DNA of 64,000 bases from Balanoglossus misakiensis (lineage: Eukaryota > Animalia > Hemichordata): the NCBI GenBank assembly GCA_040954595.2, contig CM082587.2:10855403-10919402 (forward strand), in the 5' to 3' direction. Positions within the stretch are counted from its first letter, which is position 1. The number at the start of each line of letters is the position of its first letter. The notes under the pieces were generated by a model. That model did not search any database, was not told the DNA's origin, and saw only the letters and a list, made by a program, of their open reading frames with translations. Positions 1 through 11,929 of this stretch are shown here, one piece after another. A program made the translations under genes and the position numbers.

Positions 1-867
1 TGGATGCTGAGATATGGGAAATTAGATCAAAGGTCATCCAAGGTCACCCAAAATTTGGGCATAAAATTTTGACCCCAGAGTGGGCCATGTCCAACTAAAA
101 CCAGACCTCTAGCCCTATTGGTTAGCCTGGAATTAGATATGCAGAAAAATGATGTTTCAGAAATAGGTCAAGGGTCATTGCCAAAATTACCAAAATAGTT
201 GTGTCATGTCCTGGCAGCATTGGTACCCATGTCCACAAAATTCATGACTGTGGTGCTTTTACAAGAGGAGGTATGGGGAATATGCATATATAATTAGTTG
301 TTTTAAAACTGGGTCAAAGGTCATGTCAAAATTGCCCCGAAAAATTGTAACAACTTCCGGTCATATGATGACTCATATCCAAAAAAAGAATTTACGTGCT
401 GTCAACATTTTGGCTACAAAACAGAATTTTCATTTTTCAATGGTTTTCCGAAAATCCAACATGGCCGCCATAATGATCGACCAATCACAGTGCGCTTCGC
501 AAACTTGATAAACATAGGTTAGGTGACCACATACCCCGAATCCCGTGACTCGGCAATCGCTGGTTCTGGAGAAGAAGATTTTTAAAGTTTTAAGTAGTTT
601 TTCAGAAAAACAATTGTAGCAAAAAAACTTTGTGTGACGTCATGATTTCAATGGGGTAAAATGATGGACAGAAGGTAGGCTACCTGCACACCAAATTTGA
701 GAAGGACTCGTTTAACGATTTTCAGGAAATGCAATATGGCCGCCAGGTCACGTGACTAAATAAATATTCACGAGCCACTGCACGTCTACTCATTGGCCCC
801 TATCACCCTACCAAGTTTAGCCCCCTAGGTGCAGCGGTTTTCCAGATCTACCTGGCCGATTTTCTCG

Positions 868-897
868 GAAGAAGAAGAAGAAGAAGAAGAAGAAGAA
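868..897. repeat. (GAA)n microsatellite
   Basis: About 10 perfect GAA units immediately before the HINE-like 5' end. Confidence 0.95.
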
Positions 898-1036
898 TTA
901 AAGCTGCAAGCAGCATTGTCCGGGCCCAAGCTCTATTATCTGATCTGCACATAATTAATGAGTAGAAACATAATGCTGTGTTTTATCCCATGACATATCA
1001 AGGTTATATCTATGTTTGGTGCTGATATTGTGTTAA

Positions 1037-1985
1037 GTAGGTCAAAGGTCATCTGAGGTCACCCAAATTTTGGGCAGAAAATTTTGACCCATAGTGGTGC
1101 ATGTCCAACAAAAACCAGACCTCTAGCCCTTTTGGTTAGCCCGGAATTAGGTATGCACATAAATAATGAGTTAAGCAGGTGTCATAGGTGACCCAAAACT
1201 TTGGCTTTTCATTATGGCCCCATACCTCCAAACGCCAAGGCTGTATCTGCTGTGGATGTCGAGATATGCAAAAATAGGTCAAAGGTCATCTGAGGTCACC
1301 CAAAATTTGGGCAGAAAATGTTGACCCATAGTGGTCCATGTCCAACAAAAACCAGACCTCTAGCCCTTTTGGTTAGCCCAGAATTAGGTATGCACATAAA
1401 TAATGAGTTAAGCAGGTGTCACAGGTGAGCCAAAACTTTGGCTTTTCATTATGGCCCCATACCTCCAAACGCCAAGGCTGTATCTGCGGTGGATGTCAAG
1501 TTATGCAAAAGTAGGTCAAAGGTCACCCGAGGTCACCCAACATTTGGGCAAAATATTTTGACCCCATACTGGTCCATGTATAACAAAAACAAAACCTCTA
1601 GCCCTTTTGGTTAGCCCAGAATTAGGTATGCACATAAATAATGAGTCAAGCAGGTGTCACAGGTCACTCAAAACTTTGTCTTTTCCGTATGGCCCCATAC
1701 ATGTACCTCCAAACGCCAAGGCTGTATCTGCTGTGGATGTCGAGATATGCAAAAGTAGGTCAAAGGTCACCCGAGGTCACCCAACATTTGGGCAAAATAT
1801 TTTGACCCCATACTGGTCCATGTATAACAAAAACAAAACCTCTAGGTCTATTGGTTCATCTGTAATTAGATATGTGCATATTTAATGAGGTCAGCAGAGG
1901 TCATGAAAAGTAGCAAAATTTTTTGATCACATACAAATCCACATACATCAAACACCAAACTTATAGCCCTATTGGTTAGCCTGGA
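1037..1985 (+). repeat. Tandem ~240-bp core repeats, about 4 copies
   Basis: GGTCAAAGGTCA(T/C)C(T/C)GAGGTCACCCAA recurs at about 1040, 1277, 1514 and 1758. Confidence 0.85.
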
Positions 1986-2603
1986 ATTACACTGAAAATC
2001 GTCGCACCTGCAACGACCCATTGACTGAGCCGTTGATTTTATTTATCGACGCACCCGACTGTTATCAGGCTGACTGAATGGGCATGTAACAGAATTTGCA
2101 ACATTGTTGTGTTGAAGCAGACGCGGAGTCTCGGATTACATTACAGAGTGAATATACGACCGAGACACTTGATGAAATCAAAAGTTCAAACTTTGTAATG
2201 AATAAAGAACACGGTAAAAGTTGTGCGTGTTTCCCCCCCCCCCCCCCATTATTTTAAATGAAAGACAGATATTCATCATGCATGATTCACTAGGAAACAT
2301 TTATTCCACTGAAACACACCAAGCGATCGAAAGATAAAATACAAAGGACACGACTAGAGGTCTGTCAGACAGTTCAAAATGTTTCCGTATTCAACTTGAC
2401 CTCGTTTTTTTTCATCATAACACTTGCATGTAATATAAATTTACATGTATATTGCGTCCTTAACAGGGGGGCAATGATCAAAACAACAGTCTACTTCTAT
2501 TAAAATAAGAACCAGGCAACGAAGTCTTAATGAAACAATTTCAAGGAGAAAGTTCAACAGTTTTTTCACTGCACAAAGTTTATATGACGTTTAGTGTTCA
2601 AAG

Positions 2604-4223
2604 TTACTCATCTGCTTCAGAAGGCTGAGGGGGGTTATCAACGCGTGGCTCGATTGGAAATGCTGGTTGCACTGCAGCAATATCAATGGTCGATGTTGGA
2701 TAGGTTGTAGTTGCTATATTCCCTTCGTATGCATGAGGGCCGTAGCCGAATGGTGTAAACATCAGACTGAAATGTGAAGTCGGCGGTGTGTCAGCGCCCC
2801 AATTCCAAGGATAAAACTGATAGGGGTAACCATACGTATACGGCACATACGGACTGTACGAATGAGACGTAGTCGGAATTACAACTGGGCCTGAATTTGA
2901 CACACACGGTGAACAATTTGTTGACAGTTCATGTAAGCCAGCCGCTTGAGCGTTGCTAGGGCCTTCTTTGGGAGGCGAACAGGTACGGCCGCGATTTCCT
3001 TGACTTTGGGACGGAGTTTCTGCGCGAAGTTCAGGGTTTGTCGGTGCCTCATTCAGCTCGGGAGCTCGCCTAGGCGACATTTGCATCTTTCGTCGCTTTA
3101 ACACCTCTTGAATGGGGTCTGGCAGTCGAGAACCAGGGCGATATTTATCGGCACGGTTGTGTTTACTATTGAAATTGTCGATAATAGTTTGAAATGTTTT
3201 TCCCGCGCGTTCAATGTTTTGCGGAATTTTGCCCTTGTAGTGTTTCTCAAGAATGGCACAGTCTCCTTTGATGATAGCGGTACGTGGCACGACTCCAGAC
3301 GCTGTTCGAATCAAATATTTCCGCTTGTTAGAATTAAGTAAGGTACTGTACACGCGCGAGTAAAACGTTGTTGAGGTAGCCTCGTGAACTGCTTTCTTTA
3401 ACTCAAGCGTTGATTTCTTTTTCCTTAAGTCACTTTTCAGCTTAGAGACAACCTCATTTGCTGATGTAAGTTCTTTTCTTTCCACGGGATGGTCAGGCAA
3501 TGAACCGCACTGTTCAACGGTAACACAAGTTGGAAACGGACACTTTCGCTTGTCATGTGAGCCATAGACGTGACAGTTTGTGCATTTCTTTTGGCCCGCT
3601 TCTCGGAGTTGCTCCGTTTGTCGGTAGCGATTGTTGAGATCGTTGTATTTCTTGGAAGCCTCATCAAGTTCCATTTCTATTTCTGAAATTTCACTTTCTA
3701 ACGCTTCCATCATGAGCTCGCTCGGGGATTGCCAAGTATAGTTTCCCCATTCATCATCATCACCACCGGCACCATTGTCATCAACCGCGGCAGGAGCGGC
3801 AGTTTCCGATTCCACCGTTGCATATTGGGCAGTGGGCATACTCTCTTTACGCCCCCGGGCCGATGATTCACGATGTCTACTTGGCCGCCTTTCCCGATCC
3901 CGTGGAGATCGGAAAAGTCTTTTAGGAATTCTTCCACGACTTGGTCCTGCACTGTCAGGGCTCCCTTTCTGTTCCCGGCGATCATTCAACCGTGGGGTCG
4001 GCAGGTTGTCAATCCCGTACATAATCATCCGTTTGTGAGTTTCGCTGACCCGATTCTTGAACTTCGAAAAGTCATCTTCCGTGAAAAACTTCAGCGAAGT
4101 CGTTGAAATGAAGTCCTGCTCTTCAAAGTCGGATCGATACTTCAGAAGAGTTGGGCTTATGGAAACCAGAAATCTCTCGACCGTTGACATGTTACTTGGA
4201 GACTTTGATTCCATGTTTATCAT
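2604..4223 (-). CDS. Transposon ORF2: N-terminal SAM-like domain, coiled coil, CCHC zinc knuckle and Pro/Tyr-rich tail (539 aa)
   Basis: Uninterrupted ATG-initiated ORF inside the TIRs. VERFLVSISPTLLKYRSDFEEQDFISTTSLKFFTEDDF..HKRMIMYGIDNL fits a SAM pattern. CTNCHVYGSHDKRKC is a zinc knuckle, followed by a second C-x4-C..C..H cluster. Confidence 0.8.
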   Translation of the reverse strand: MINMESKSPSNMSTVERFLVSISPTLLKYRSDFEEQDFISTTSLKFFTEDDFSKFKNRVSETHKRMIMYGIDNLPTPRLNDRREQKGSPDSAGPSRGRIPKRLFRSPRDRERRPSRHRESSARGRKESMPTAQYATVESETAAPAAVDDNGAGGDDDEWGNYTWQSPSELMMEALESEISEIEMELDEASKKYNDLNNRYRQTEQLREAGQKKCTNCHVYGSHDKRKCPFPTCVTVEQCGSLPDHPVERKELTSANEVVSKLKSDLRKKKSTLELKKAVHEATSTTFYSRVYSTLLNSNKRKYLIRTASGVVPRTAIIKGDCAILEKHYKGKIPQNIERAGKTFQTIIDNFNSKHNRADKYRPGSRLPDPIQEVLKRRKMQMSPRRAPELNEAPTNPELRAETPSQSQGNRGRTCSPPKEGPSNAQAAGLHELSTNCSPCVSNSGPVVIPTTSHSYSPYVPYTYGYPYQFYPWNWGADTPPTSHFSLMFTPFGYGPHAYEGNIATTTYPTSTIDIAAVQPAFPIEPRVDNPPQPSEADE

Positions 4224-4561
4224 AGACAGCTATTTACTGATGTCTTCCACACACGCACGTGTCGAACGCAGTGAAACTGTCGGGTGGAAGGACCAACAAA
4301 TTAGGGGGGAGGGGGGGTCGTGTATGAACTCAGAACGAGAACAAAACTTTTCCACATCGCAAACAAATTTGTAAAACGTTACCTGTCAAAAATATTCCAA
4401 ATATACAATTTAATGTCATCTTAATTACCAATGTACTCAGTATGGTTATTTTAATGGAAGTTTGAGCAAAGTCATCAACATGTAATTTGGTATGTTCCTA
4501 ACCAATAGGGAACATTCCCGCCTTGTCCACAACCTTATATTTGATAAATATTGTAAGAAAT

Positions 4562-5644
4562 ATGGAAGTGAGTCGGAGCGGACGCTCGTTTTCTCGCGGA
4601 AAACCACTCTCAAGTGACTTGCGTTCATTGATCAGAAATGAAATGGTGACACTCAGAGCAAATCAGAGGACCGGGTATTTTCCAGCTGGTTGTTTGAAAA
4701 AAGTAGCGGACAGGTTCAGAGTGAACAAATCAACAGTGAGTCGTTTTTGGAAACACTACTGTGAAACCGGTGAAATCGATCCACCCACTCCTCGTGGATC
4801 AACCCAGCAGAGCAAGCTCACCGATCCTGATCTGGAATTTATCGAGATGTTGAAAAGGGAAAGACCTTCCATTACGTACCAGGAAATAGTGGACCAACTG
4901 ATGCAATACGGCACGGTTAACTCAGTCAGCGTCAGTACCGTGGGTAGAGCTGTTCGTAATGAACTAACTGGCGGTCCGTGGACATTTACCAGAATGTCTG
5001 TCATCAATCAACATCGTTTGACCGAAGAAAATATGGAGTACACGCAAGCCTATGTGGACTACTTGATGACGAAGAATCCGGCGAGAGTCAAGTTTATGGA
5101 TGAAAGCGGGGTCAAAATACAGACCGGTCAACGTACATATGGTCATTCTCAGAGGGGAGTGAAAACCTATGAAATCGGCAGATATTTGACAGGTGCAAAT
5201 AACACAGTGAATCTGCTCGTTGGAATTGATGGTGTTAAATATTGTTCTGTTATTGAGGGACCCTCCAATGGCGATGAATTCATTAGGTACTTTGCTGAAG
5301 CCATGGCGGCGTACACAAATGACGGTGAGGCTGTTTTGAATCCAGGAGACACTGTTGTTGTAGACAACGCTCCTATACATCACCATCAACCAGGTGATCA
5401 TGTAAGAAATATGTTGGATGATATCGGAGTTGAAATGGTATTTTTACCAACGTACTCGCCAGATTTTAATCCTGTCGAGAATTGCTTTAGTAAGTTGAAA
5501 AGTCTCCTGAAAAGAGACTATTACCGCGAACTATTACATGACAATGTAGCCGTGGCGGTGTACGATGCAGTGCGAATGATCACCCCAAACGATACGCACG
5601 AGTATTATGCTGCAACTGGTTATATACAAGTACCGCAACTTTGA
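4562..5644 (+). CDS. DD37E transposase with Paired-like N-terminal DNA-binding domain
   Basis: First ATG at 4562. The N-terminus GRSFSRGKPLSSDLRSLI resembles a Paired domain. Catalytic motifs are FMDESG, VVDNAPIH and YSPDFNPVE, with 37 residues counted between the second D and the E. No stops. Confidence 0.95.
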   Translation: MEVSRSGRSFSRGKPLSSDLRSLIRNEMVTLRANQRTGYFPAGCLKKVADRFRVNKSTVSRFWKHYCETGEIDPPTPRGSTQQSKLTDPDLEFIEMLKRERPSITYQEIVDQLMQYGTVNSVSVSTVGRAVRNELTGGPWTFTRMSVINQHRLTEENMEYTQAYVDYLMTKNPARVKFMDESGVKIQTGQRTYGHSQRGVKTYEIGRYLTGANNTVNLLVGIDGVKYCSVIEGPSNGDEFIRYFAEAMAAYTNDGEAVLNPGDTVVVDNAPIHHHQPGDHVRNMLDDIGVEMVFLPTYSPDFNPVENCFSKLKSLLKRDYYRELLHDNVAVAVYDAVRMITPNDTHEYYAATGYIQVPQL

Positions 5645-6822
5645 GTTTTCACCCGTGTCGAGTTTTGATCAAACGGACTGTGTATTTTATCTTTCGATCG
5701 CTTGGTGTGTTTTAGTGGAATAAATGTTTCTTAGTGAATCATGCATGATGAATATCTGTCTTTCATTTAAAATAATCGGGGGAAAAACACGCACAACTTT
5801 TACCGTGTTCTTTATTCATTACAAAGTTTGAACTTTTGATTTCATCAAGTGTCTCGGTCGTATATTCACTCTGTAATGTAATCCGAGACTCCGCGTCTGC
5901 TTCAACACAACAATGTTGCAAATTCTGTTACATGCCCATTCAGTCAGCCTGATAACAGTCGGGTGCGTCGATAAATAAAATCAACGGCTCAGTCAATGGG
6001 TCGTTGCAGGTGCGACGATTTTCAGTGCAGATATGCAGAAAAATGATGCGTCAAAGGTAGGTCAAAGGTCATTGCCAAAATTACCAAAATATTTATAGCT
6101 TATTCTTGTCATATGATGATTCATATCCATAAAAAGAATTTCTGTGCTAACAATTTTTAGGCTAGAAAGGGAGTTTTTACTTTTTAATCGTTTTTCACAA
6201 AATCCAATATGGCCGCCATAATCTTCGACCAATCACATTCTTCTTAGCAAACTTGATAGACATCTGTTTAATGACCACACACACCAAATCTTGTGACTCG
6301 GTAATCGCCGGTTCTTGAGAAGAAGATTTTTGAAATTTTACTAGGGTGTTTCGAAAATCCAATATGGCCGCCAAAATCTTCGACCAATCACAATGATCTT
6401 CGCAAACTTGATAGACATCAGTTAGGTGACCACATACACCAAACCCTGTGTCTCGGTTATCACCGGTTCTGGAGAAGAAGATTTTTGAAATTTAAGCCAG
6501 ATTTCAGAAAAAAAATTGTAGCAAAAAACTGCAACTTTGTCAGCATAATTTTCAATTACAAAAATGATGGGCAGTAGGTAGTCTACCAACATGCCAAATT
6601 TGAAGTCGATCTAACTTGTAGTTTCTGAGATCTGAGATTTGCATTTTTTCAGAAAATCCAGGATGGCCGCCAGGTCACGAGACTAATTAAAAATTCAAGG
6701 GTTTAATGCACGACTACTCATTGACCTTGACCACTGTAGCAAGTTTCAGAAGTGTACCTGCAGCGGTGTCTGAGATCTCGTGGGTCAAAGAATTGACACA
6801 AGAATAAAGAAAGAAAGAAAAA

Positions 6823-7692
6823 TTCCAACGAAACCAATACGGGCCCAAGCCTGGTAAAAATTCCAACGAAACCAATATGGGCCCAAGCCTGGCTTGGCTT
6901 GGGCCCGTAAAAAAACCCAACGAAACCAATACGGGCCCAAGCCTGGCTTGGCTTGGGCCCGTAAAAATTCCAACGAAACCAATAGGGCCCAAGCGCTTGC
7001 TTGCGCTTGGGCCCTAAAAATTCCAACGAAACCAATAGGGCCCAAGCGCTTCCTTGCGCTTGGGCCCTAAAAACCCCAACGAAACCAATAGGGCCCAAGC
7101 GCTGGTGTGCGCTTGGGCCCTAAAAAATTAAAACGAAACCAATAGGGCCCAAGCGCTTGCGTGCGCTTGGGCCCTAAAAATTCCAACGAAACCAATAGGG
7201 CCCAAGCGCTTGCGTGCGCTTGGGCCCTAAAGAAAGACAGAAAAACCCCAACGAAACCAATAGGGCCCAAGCGCTGGTATGCACTTGGGCCCTAAAAAAA
7301 CCCAACGAAACCAATAGGGCTCAAGCGCTGGTATGCGCTTGGGCCCTAAAAAACCCCAACGAAACCAATAGGGCCCAAGCGCTTGTGTGCGATTGGGCCC
7401 TAAAGACAGAAAAACCCCAACGAAACCAATAGGGCCCAAGCGCTGGTATGGGCTTGGGCCCTAAAGAAAGAAAGACTGAAAAACCCCAACGAAACCAATA
7501 CGGGCCCAAGCCTGGCTTGGCTTGGGCCTGTAAAAAAAAAAACGAAACCAATAGGGCCCAAGCGCTTGCTTGCGCTTGGGCCCTATAAACCCCAACGAAA
7601 CCAATACGGGCCCAAGCCTGGCTTGGCTTGGGCCCGTAAAAAACCCAACGAAACCAATACGGGCCCAAGCCTGGCTTGGCTTGGGCCCGTAA
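6823..7692 (+). repeat. Tandem array of about 16 hairpin-forming terminal units (~52-68 bp each)
   Basis: Unit is AACGAAACCAATA(C)GGGCCCAAGC-short loop-GCTTGGGCCC-(G)TAAAAA. Confidence 0.9.
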
Positions 7693-7898
7693 TTAGTTTG
7701 AGTCCCGGGTTTGACTGCTCCAGCTAAAGCATACGTCAAATGAAAAATACATGGAGGATTTGGATAGGGGATTTGACCTTTGACATCAAGCACTCTGAGT
7801 TCGTATGAGCTGAGGCGTAACCTTTGAGCCCAATAATAGTACAACTAACTGTCTAAAAGAAACGAAATATCATGAGACTCCCCAGTACAGCATGTGTA

Positions 7899-8050
7899 TG
7901 ACTGGTCCAGCCGTGTGTACACCCCTTTTACAGGGCTGTGTGAAATACGACTGGTCCAGCCGTGTGTACGTGCACACCTGTTACAGGGCTGTGTGAAATA
8001 CGACTGGTCCAGCGTGTGTACGTACACCCCTGGTACAGGGCTGTGTGAAA
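7899..8050. repeat. Short tandem repeat, about 3 x 50 bp
   Basis: GACTGGTCCAGC(C)GTGTGTAC...TACAGGGCTGTGTGAAA occurs three times. Confidence 0.8.
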
Positions 8051-8514
8051 AAGGGTATGACACAGGACTTTTTCTCACACATCTTATTCATATGTAACAT
8101 CATTTCTTTTTACATAGCTGGTACAGAGTCTGTGTGCCAACATAGCTGGTACACGACTGTGTAAATCCATGTGACAGACATGATAATAGTACAGGGCTGT
8201 AAGGGGTTTCCTGTGTACGTGTAGTCTAAAAATATAAATTTCATGATTTGTGAACTATTTGTACGAGTTTTAGCAATGATAGCAAATATGTCGTTAATGG
8301 AAAGACAGTACTTGTGGATTCAAGCGAAGATGGTGAATCAGGGCCGTGACAGGTTCATTACCACCCGTAACGTTATGTATTTTTGTTATATGCATCAGTT
8401 ATACGGTATCTTTTTCGGTTTTCTAAATCAAGATCACATGCTTACAGTATTAATAAAACCGATGTCTCCAAACACGCAGGTACCAATCGCAGTGCAACCG
8501 TTGATATCTTACAG

Positions 8515-8594
8515 GTATAGAAATGGGCACATGGGTTTATGGGATGACAAATACTGCGACGTCAAACCAAAGGGCTTCGTCTGTGGAATTCCAG
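8515..8594 (+). CDS. Exon encoding the C-terminal part of a C-type lectin domain
   Basis: Acceptor TTACAG| and donor CAG|GTGCGC. Translation YRNGHMGLWDDKYCDVKPKGFVCGIP matches the CTLD W-[ND]-D-x-x-C...F-V-C motif. Confidence 0.75.
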
Positions 8595-8790
8595 GTGCGC
8601 GGTGAATATAGTCATCAAATTAAAAATACACAAAGTTGGAACTCATGTTGTGACTTTATTGTTACATGGAGGCTAACGGATCGACATTTTGCTTACACTA
8701 GAGACCACATAATAACAAGGGGAATTTGCATGATTTTTAATTTTTGAGTTTTCACTGAGTCCATATTGTTTTTATTTTTCGTCTTTCCAG

Positions 8791-8825
8791 ATACGTACTG
8801 CTTAAGTCTTCAAATCAGAGGATAA
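8791..8825 (+). CDS. Probable terminal exon of the C-type lectin gene
   Basis: Strong pyrimidine tract and TTTCCAG| acceptor. It is phase-compatible with the previous exon and reads (D)TYCLSLQIRG*. Confidence 0.55.
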
Positions 8826-9048
8826 ATGTAAACATGATATAGCCAGCACCAAGGCAATGACATGACGGTGATGATGTAATAGAAAGACAAATCCATTCTC
8901 GATCTAGTACTGTTCATGATTCAACAATGAGTTCATTAAAATGTGCATGGCCGCCCGTAGTTATACAAATTAATACTTTTGCGCTGTTTACTTAGTTGAG
9001 ATGCATTGTGATCAACCCAATTGCTTACTCTTTATTGTGTGTATTTAA

Positions 9049-9815
9049 AGGGCCAGCGCCATGCCCATACCCACAACACGTAAAATCACTCTTTCGATGG
9101 TGAAGTCGACGTCTGTTGCCGTCTAGAATCCCACATTGCCCAATACGTTTTAATAATTTTCAAGCAAAACTGCCGCGTGGGCGTGTACCTCAAAGCCAGT
9201 CCAGTCGTCATTTATCGCTCTTCCGAATTTCAAGTGACAGCTTATCTTAATTAATAGAATCATGAATTTGACCTGCATGTTCTGTTTAGCGTTTGTCTCA
9301 CTACAGGCGACAAGGCTGCCAAGTGCGCATGCGTCATTCTCAGGCTTTGTCATAACCTTTCCGGCTACTTTGTGAACTTGGCAATATGGCTCCCAAAACT
9401 GCAAAGTCCAGTACATTGATTTTTCGACGCTTGGGGAGACTTATCAAGCAACATGTATGAAAATTCACTTTTATAGAAGAAAGGGCAACAAGAGTGTTGT
9501 CCTTACATTGTACGGCGGTACCCACGTCACAAGAAAACGTTTGTATTTTAATTCTCGATACCTCAGGATTTGTCTTTGCGCTAGGGGTGTCCTCTTATAA
9601 AACGGCAACGGGCCACTCTCGTCCTTTTCAGGAATAGCCAAGAATAAGCAAAGGTAAAGACGGCGCCACATTCTACATCTGATTTTAATCTGATTGATGT
9701 CAACGGTTACCGGACTGGTATATCCACATGGGCTGTCGACTAAAGGGTCGAGTAAACATTAAAAACCAAATATTGCGGATGACCATTCACTGGTTATGGC
9801 ATTTTTTATTTCTTT
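9049..9815. mobile_element. Possible Kolobok-like MITE remnant
   Basis: It begins TTAA-AGGGCCAGCGCCATGCCC..CGTAAAATCACT, similar to the start of the TTAA-flanked element at 58983. The right end is unclear. Confidence 0.35.
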
Positions 9816-9816
9816 A

Positions 9817-9977
9817 GGGGCGGTTCAGTTTTTACGGTTGGAAGTGGGGGGGGGGTCGGCAAGTTTGTGTCATCGGTTTTCAAAATCAAGCAGAACCCCC
9901 TTTCACCCAGGACCAACAAATGATGACCCCCCCCCCCCCTTTGACGGGCAAAAAATACGAAGACCCCCGGAAAACAT
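9817..9977 (+). mobile_element. Truncated Harbinger-like MITE (left end only)
   Basis: Similar to the first ~160 bp of the MITE at 23157 (GGG..GTTCAGTTTT..AAGTTTGTGTCAT..GGTTTTCAAAATCA..ATGATGACCCCCC). It abuts the Gypsy sequence. Confidence 0.65.
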
Positions 9978-9995
9978 CACACAGCCACTTGTGGA

Positions 9996-10530
9996 GTGAA
10001 AAAGCTTGTTGTCAAAGTACACCTAGCAGGAAGAGACTCGTCCATGAGAGGATTCAAAATTGGACCAGTGAACCTGAAGTTAGAGAGCACTGCCTTTCGA
10101 GAAAATATATATGTTGGCCCAATAGGAGACACCATGCTGCTGGGAGTAGACCAACTTCGATCCAAACAGGTCATCCTCCACATGCGAGAAAACTTCCTCC
10201 AGGTGGGAGAACAGCATGTCCCGTTGCTGCAAGGGGACCAGACCACTGTGGCACGTGGCTTACATATCAGTCGCTCCATGCACTATCCTGTCTCCGAACT
10301 CCGTGACCAGGGTGACAGGGACAATCGACATGGACATGCCCGACTACATAGTGGAACCAGTGAAACTAGGTGACGTCATTATGCCCCGGACATTCTGTAA
10401 AAAGGGGCAGCCCCCAATCATCTGTTTAGTAAACCTGACCGATGACAACGTCACCATACCGCCGGGAACAGTAGTGGCAACAGCAGTCAGAGGAAAGCTT
10501 CTTCTGACATTAACCAAAGACATTGAAAAT
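9996..10530 (+). pseudogene. Gypsy pol 5' fragment (end of aspartic protease and following linker), frameshifted
   Basis: IYVGPIGDTMLLGVDQL resembles the retropepsin 'LLGxD' motif. It continues in another frame as ICLVNLTDDNVTIPPGTVVA, a typical Gypsy PR-RT linker. Confidence 0.7.
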
Positions 10531-10959
10531 AAAAATTATACCACACCTTACTGTTACAGGATAATTGTGGTTATTCTCTCATCCTGAATGAACGAACCGA
10601 ATTGAAGTAGCTGTCTTCCCTTGACCTCGGAGTAGACACAGCCCTTTCAAAGAAATAACCTATGACCTATGACATGAATATTTAAATAATATCCCATATA
10701 CACCTGCCTTACGGACGAGCAACCATCTTTAAAAGCATGAAACTAAGAAAAGACAAACAGAAAACATAATTTTTGGGTGGGAGGTGGGAGCTACTTCAAT
10801 TCGGTTCGTTCCTCCAGGATGAGAGAATAACCACAATTATCCTGTAACAGTAAGATGTGGTATAATTTTTATTTATTCTCACATCCTTCAGTGACTTCCC
10901 TCATTTCCATAGCTGATTTTAAAGACAAAGCACCTGAGAACAACAGGTAGTCAACTCAC

Positions 10960-11912
10960 CTATTTGGTTACCAAGGTGTCCAACACTGGAGAAGTCAATG
11001 ATGATACCTCACACTGGTAATGTTTAGCAAAGGTTCTAGAAGAGGACCAATTCGCCAAACCCATAATTTGCTGTAACGAGGCTCCTCTGAAATGAAGGGC
11101 TGAAGTAACTGCTGCTCTAGTTGCATGTGCTGAGAAGACCTTGTCTATACCACTCTTCTGAAGCACCAATTTAATCCATCTTGCTATGGTACTTGGCAAA
11201 ACAGGTTTTCCTGACGCAAAACTAACGAAAAGGGTCTTCTTGTGCTTGCGTAAAGACTGCACCCGACGCAAATAAGAAGCCAAATAATAGACTACACATA
11301 ACCTTCGATCCTTCTTGAAGGCTGTTAAAACAACAATTATTCTTTTCTTGGCTGGTCTGTCTGTCTTCGACAAACTAGCCGGAAGCAAAACAGCTGATCC
11401 CTTGGATAACGAAATAGACTCCAACTGGAGATTTGCCAAATCAGAACACCGTCCTGCTGTACATAACGCAACTAACATAACAGTTTTTAATGTTAAACAC
11501 TTCAGCGACAAATCCTTGGATGGCGACCAAGACTGAAGAAAAGTCAAAACTTGCTGAACATCCCATACCTGGGTGGTCTGGATACATAAACTCCCCTCAT
11601 AAACTGTGTAACAAGTGGATGATTTCCCAAACGATATCCATCAACTGGCAAGTGCACTGAAGAGATAGCTGAACGATATACATTAATGGTGTGATACTGA
11701 AGTTGTCTATCAAGTTGGTCTGCAAGAAATTCCAACACTATAGGGATAGGCGCTGAAATAGGATCTTCCTTTTGTCTTTGACACCAACGATTCCAGCGAC
11801 GCCAGGCTGACTCATACTGTTTTGCAGTGCCTCGTCTGATGCTTTGGAGGATAATTTTAGACACCCTTTCAGATATGCCTCTTGCTCGGAGAGTACACCT
11901 GAGAGCGGCCAC
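10960..11912 (-). pseudogene. DIRS tyrosine recombinase (frameshifted near 11550)
   Basis: N-terminal domain RRGTAKQYESAWRRW..YRSAISSVH..GNHPLV. Catalytic motifs GRCSDL, AHATRA and ANWSSSRTFAKHY. Confidence 0.92.
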
Positions 11913-11929
11913 ACGGCTAGCAACATTTG

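Larger units (their letters stand above)
1990..6027 (+). mobile_element. Complete IS630/Tc1/mariner DD37E DNA transposon with long TIRs and two divergent ORFs (L31-type architecture)
   Basis: TIRs of ~350 bp at 1990-2343 and 5681-6027 (CACTGAAAATCGTCGCACC...GGTGCGACGATTTTCAGTG). The left flank is TA and the right flank is CA (mutated TA). The empty site CTGGAATTA|GATATGCAGAAAAATGATG is visible in the paralogous repeat at ~127-154. Confidence 0.93.
899..7692 (+). mobile_element. Non-autonomous Helentron-associated (HINE/DINE-1/Pearl-like) element, interrupted by the DD37E transposon at 1990-6027
   Basis: It starts with TAAAGCTGCAAGCAGCATTGTCCGGGCCCAAGC, contains ~240-bp tandem core repeats, and ends in GGGCCCAAGC..GCTTGGGCCC hairpins. 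The same two termini bound a mini copy at 40875-41012. Related sequence at 1-897 belongs to another copy. The family assignment rests on architecture only. Confidence 0.55.

Noticed and set aside
6823-7692. CRISPR-like array of palindromic repeats
   Set aside because: The variable parts are short, recurrent loops or A-runs rather than unique spacers. There are no cas genes and the context is eukaryotic.
6714-7844. Overlapping repetitive ORFs (GPYWFR.., MGPIGFVG..)
   Set aside because: By-products of the hairpin tandem array, open in several frames on both strands.
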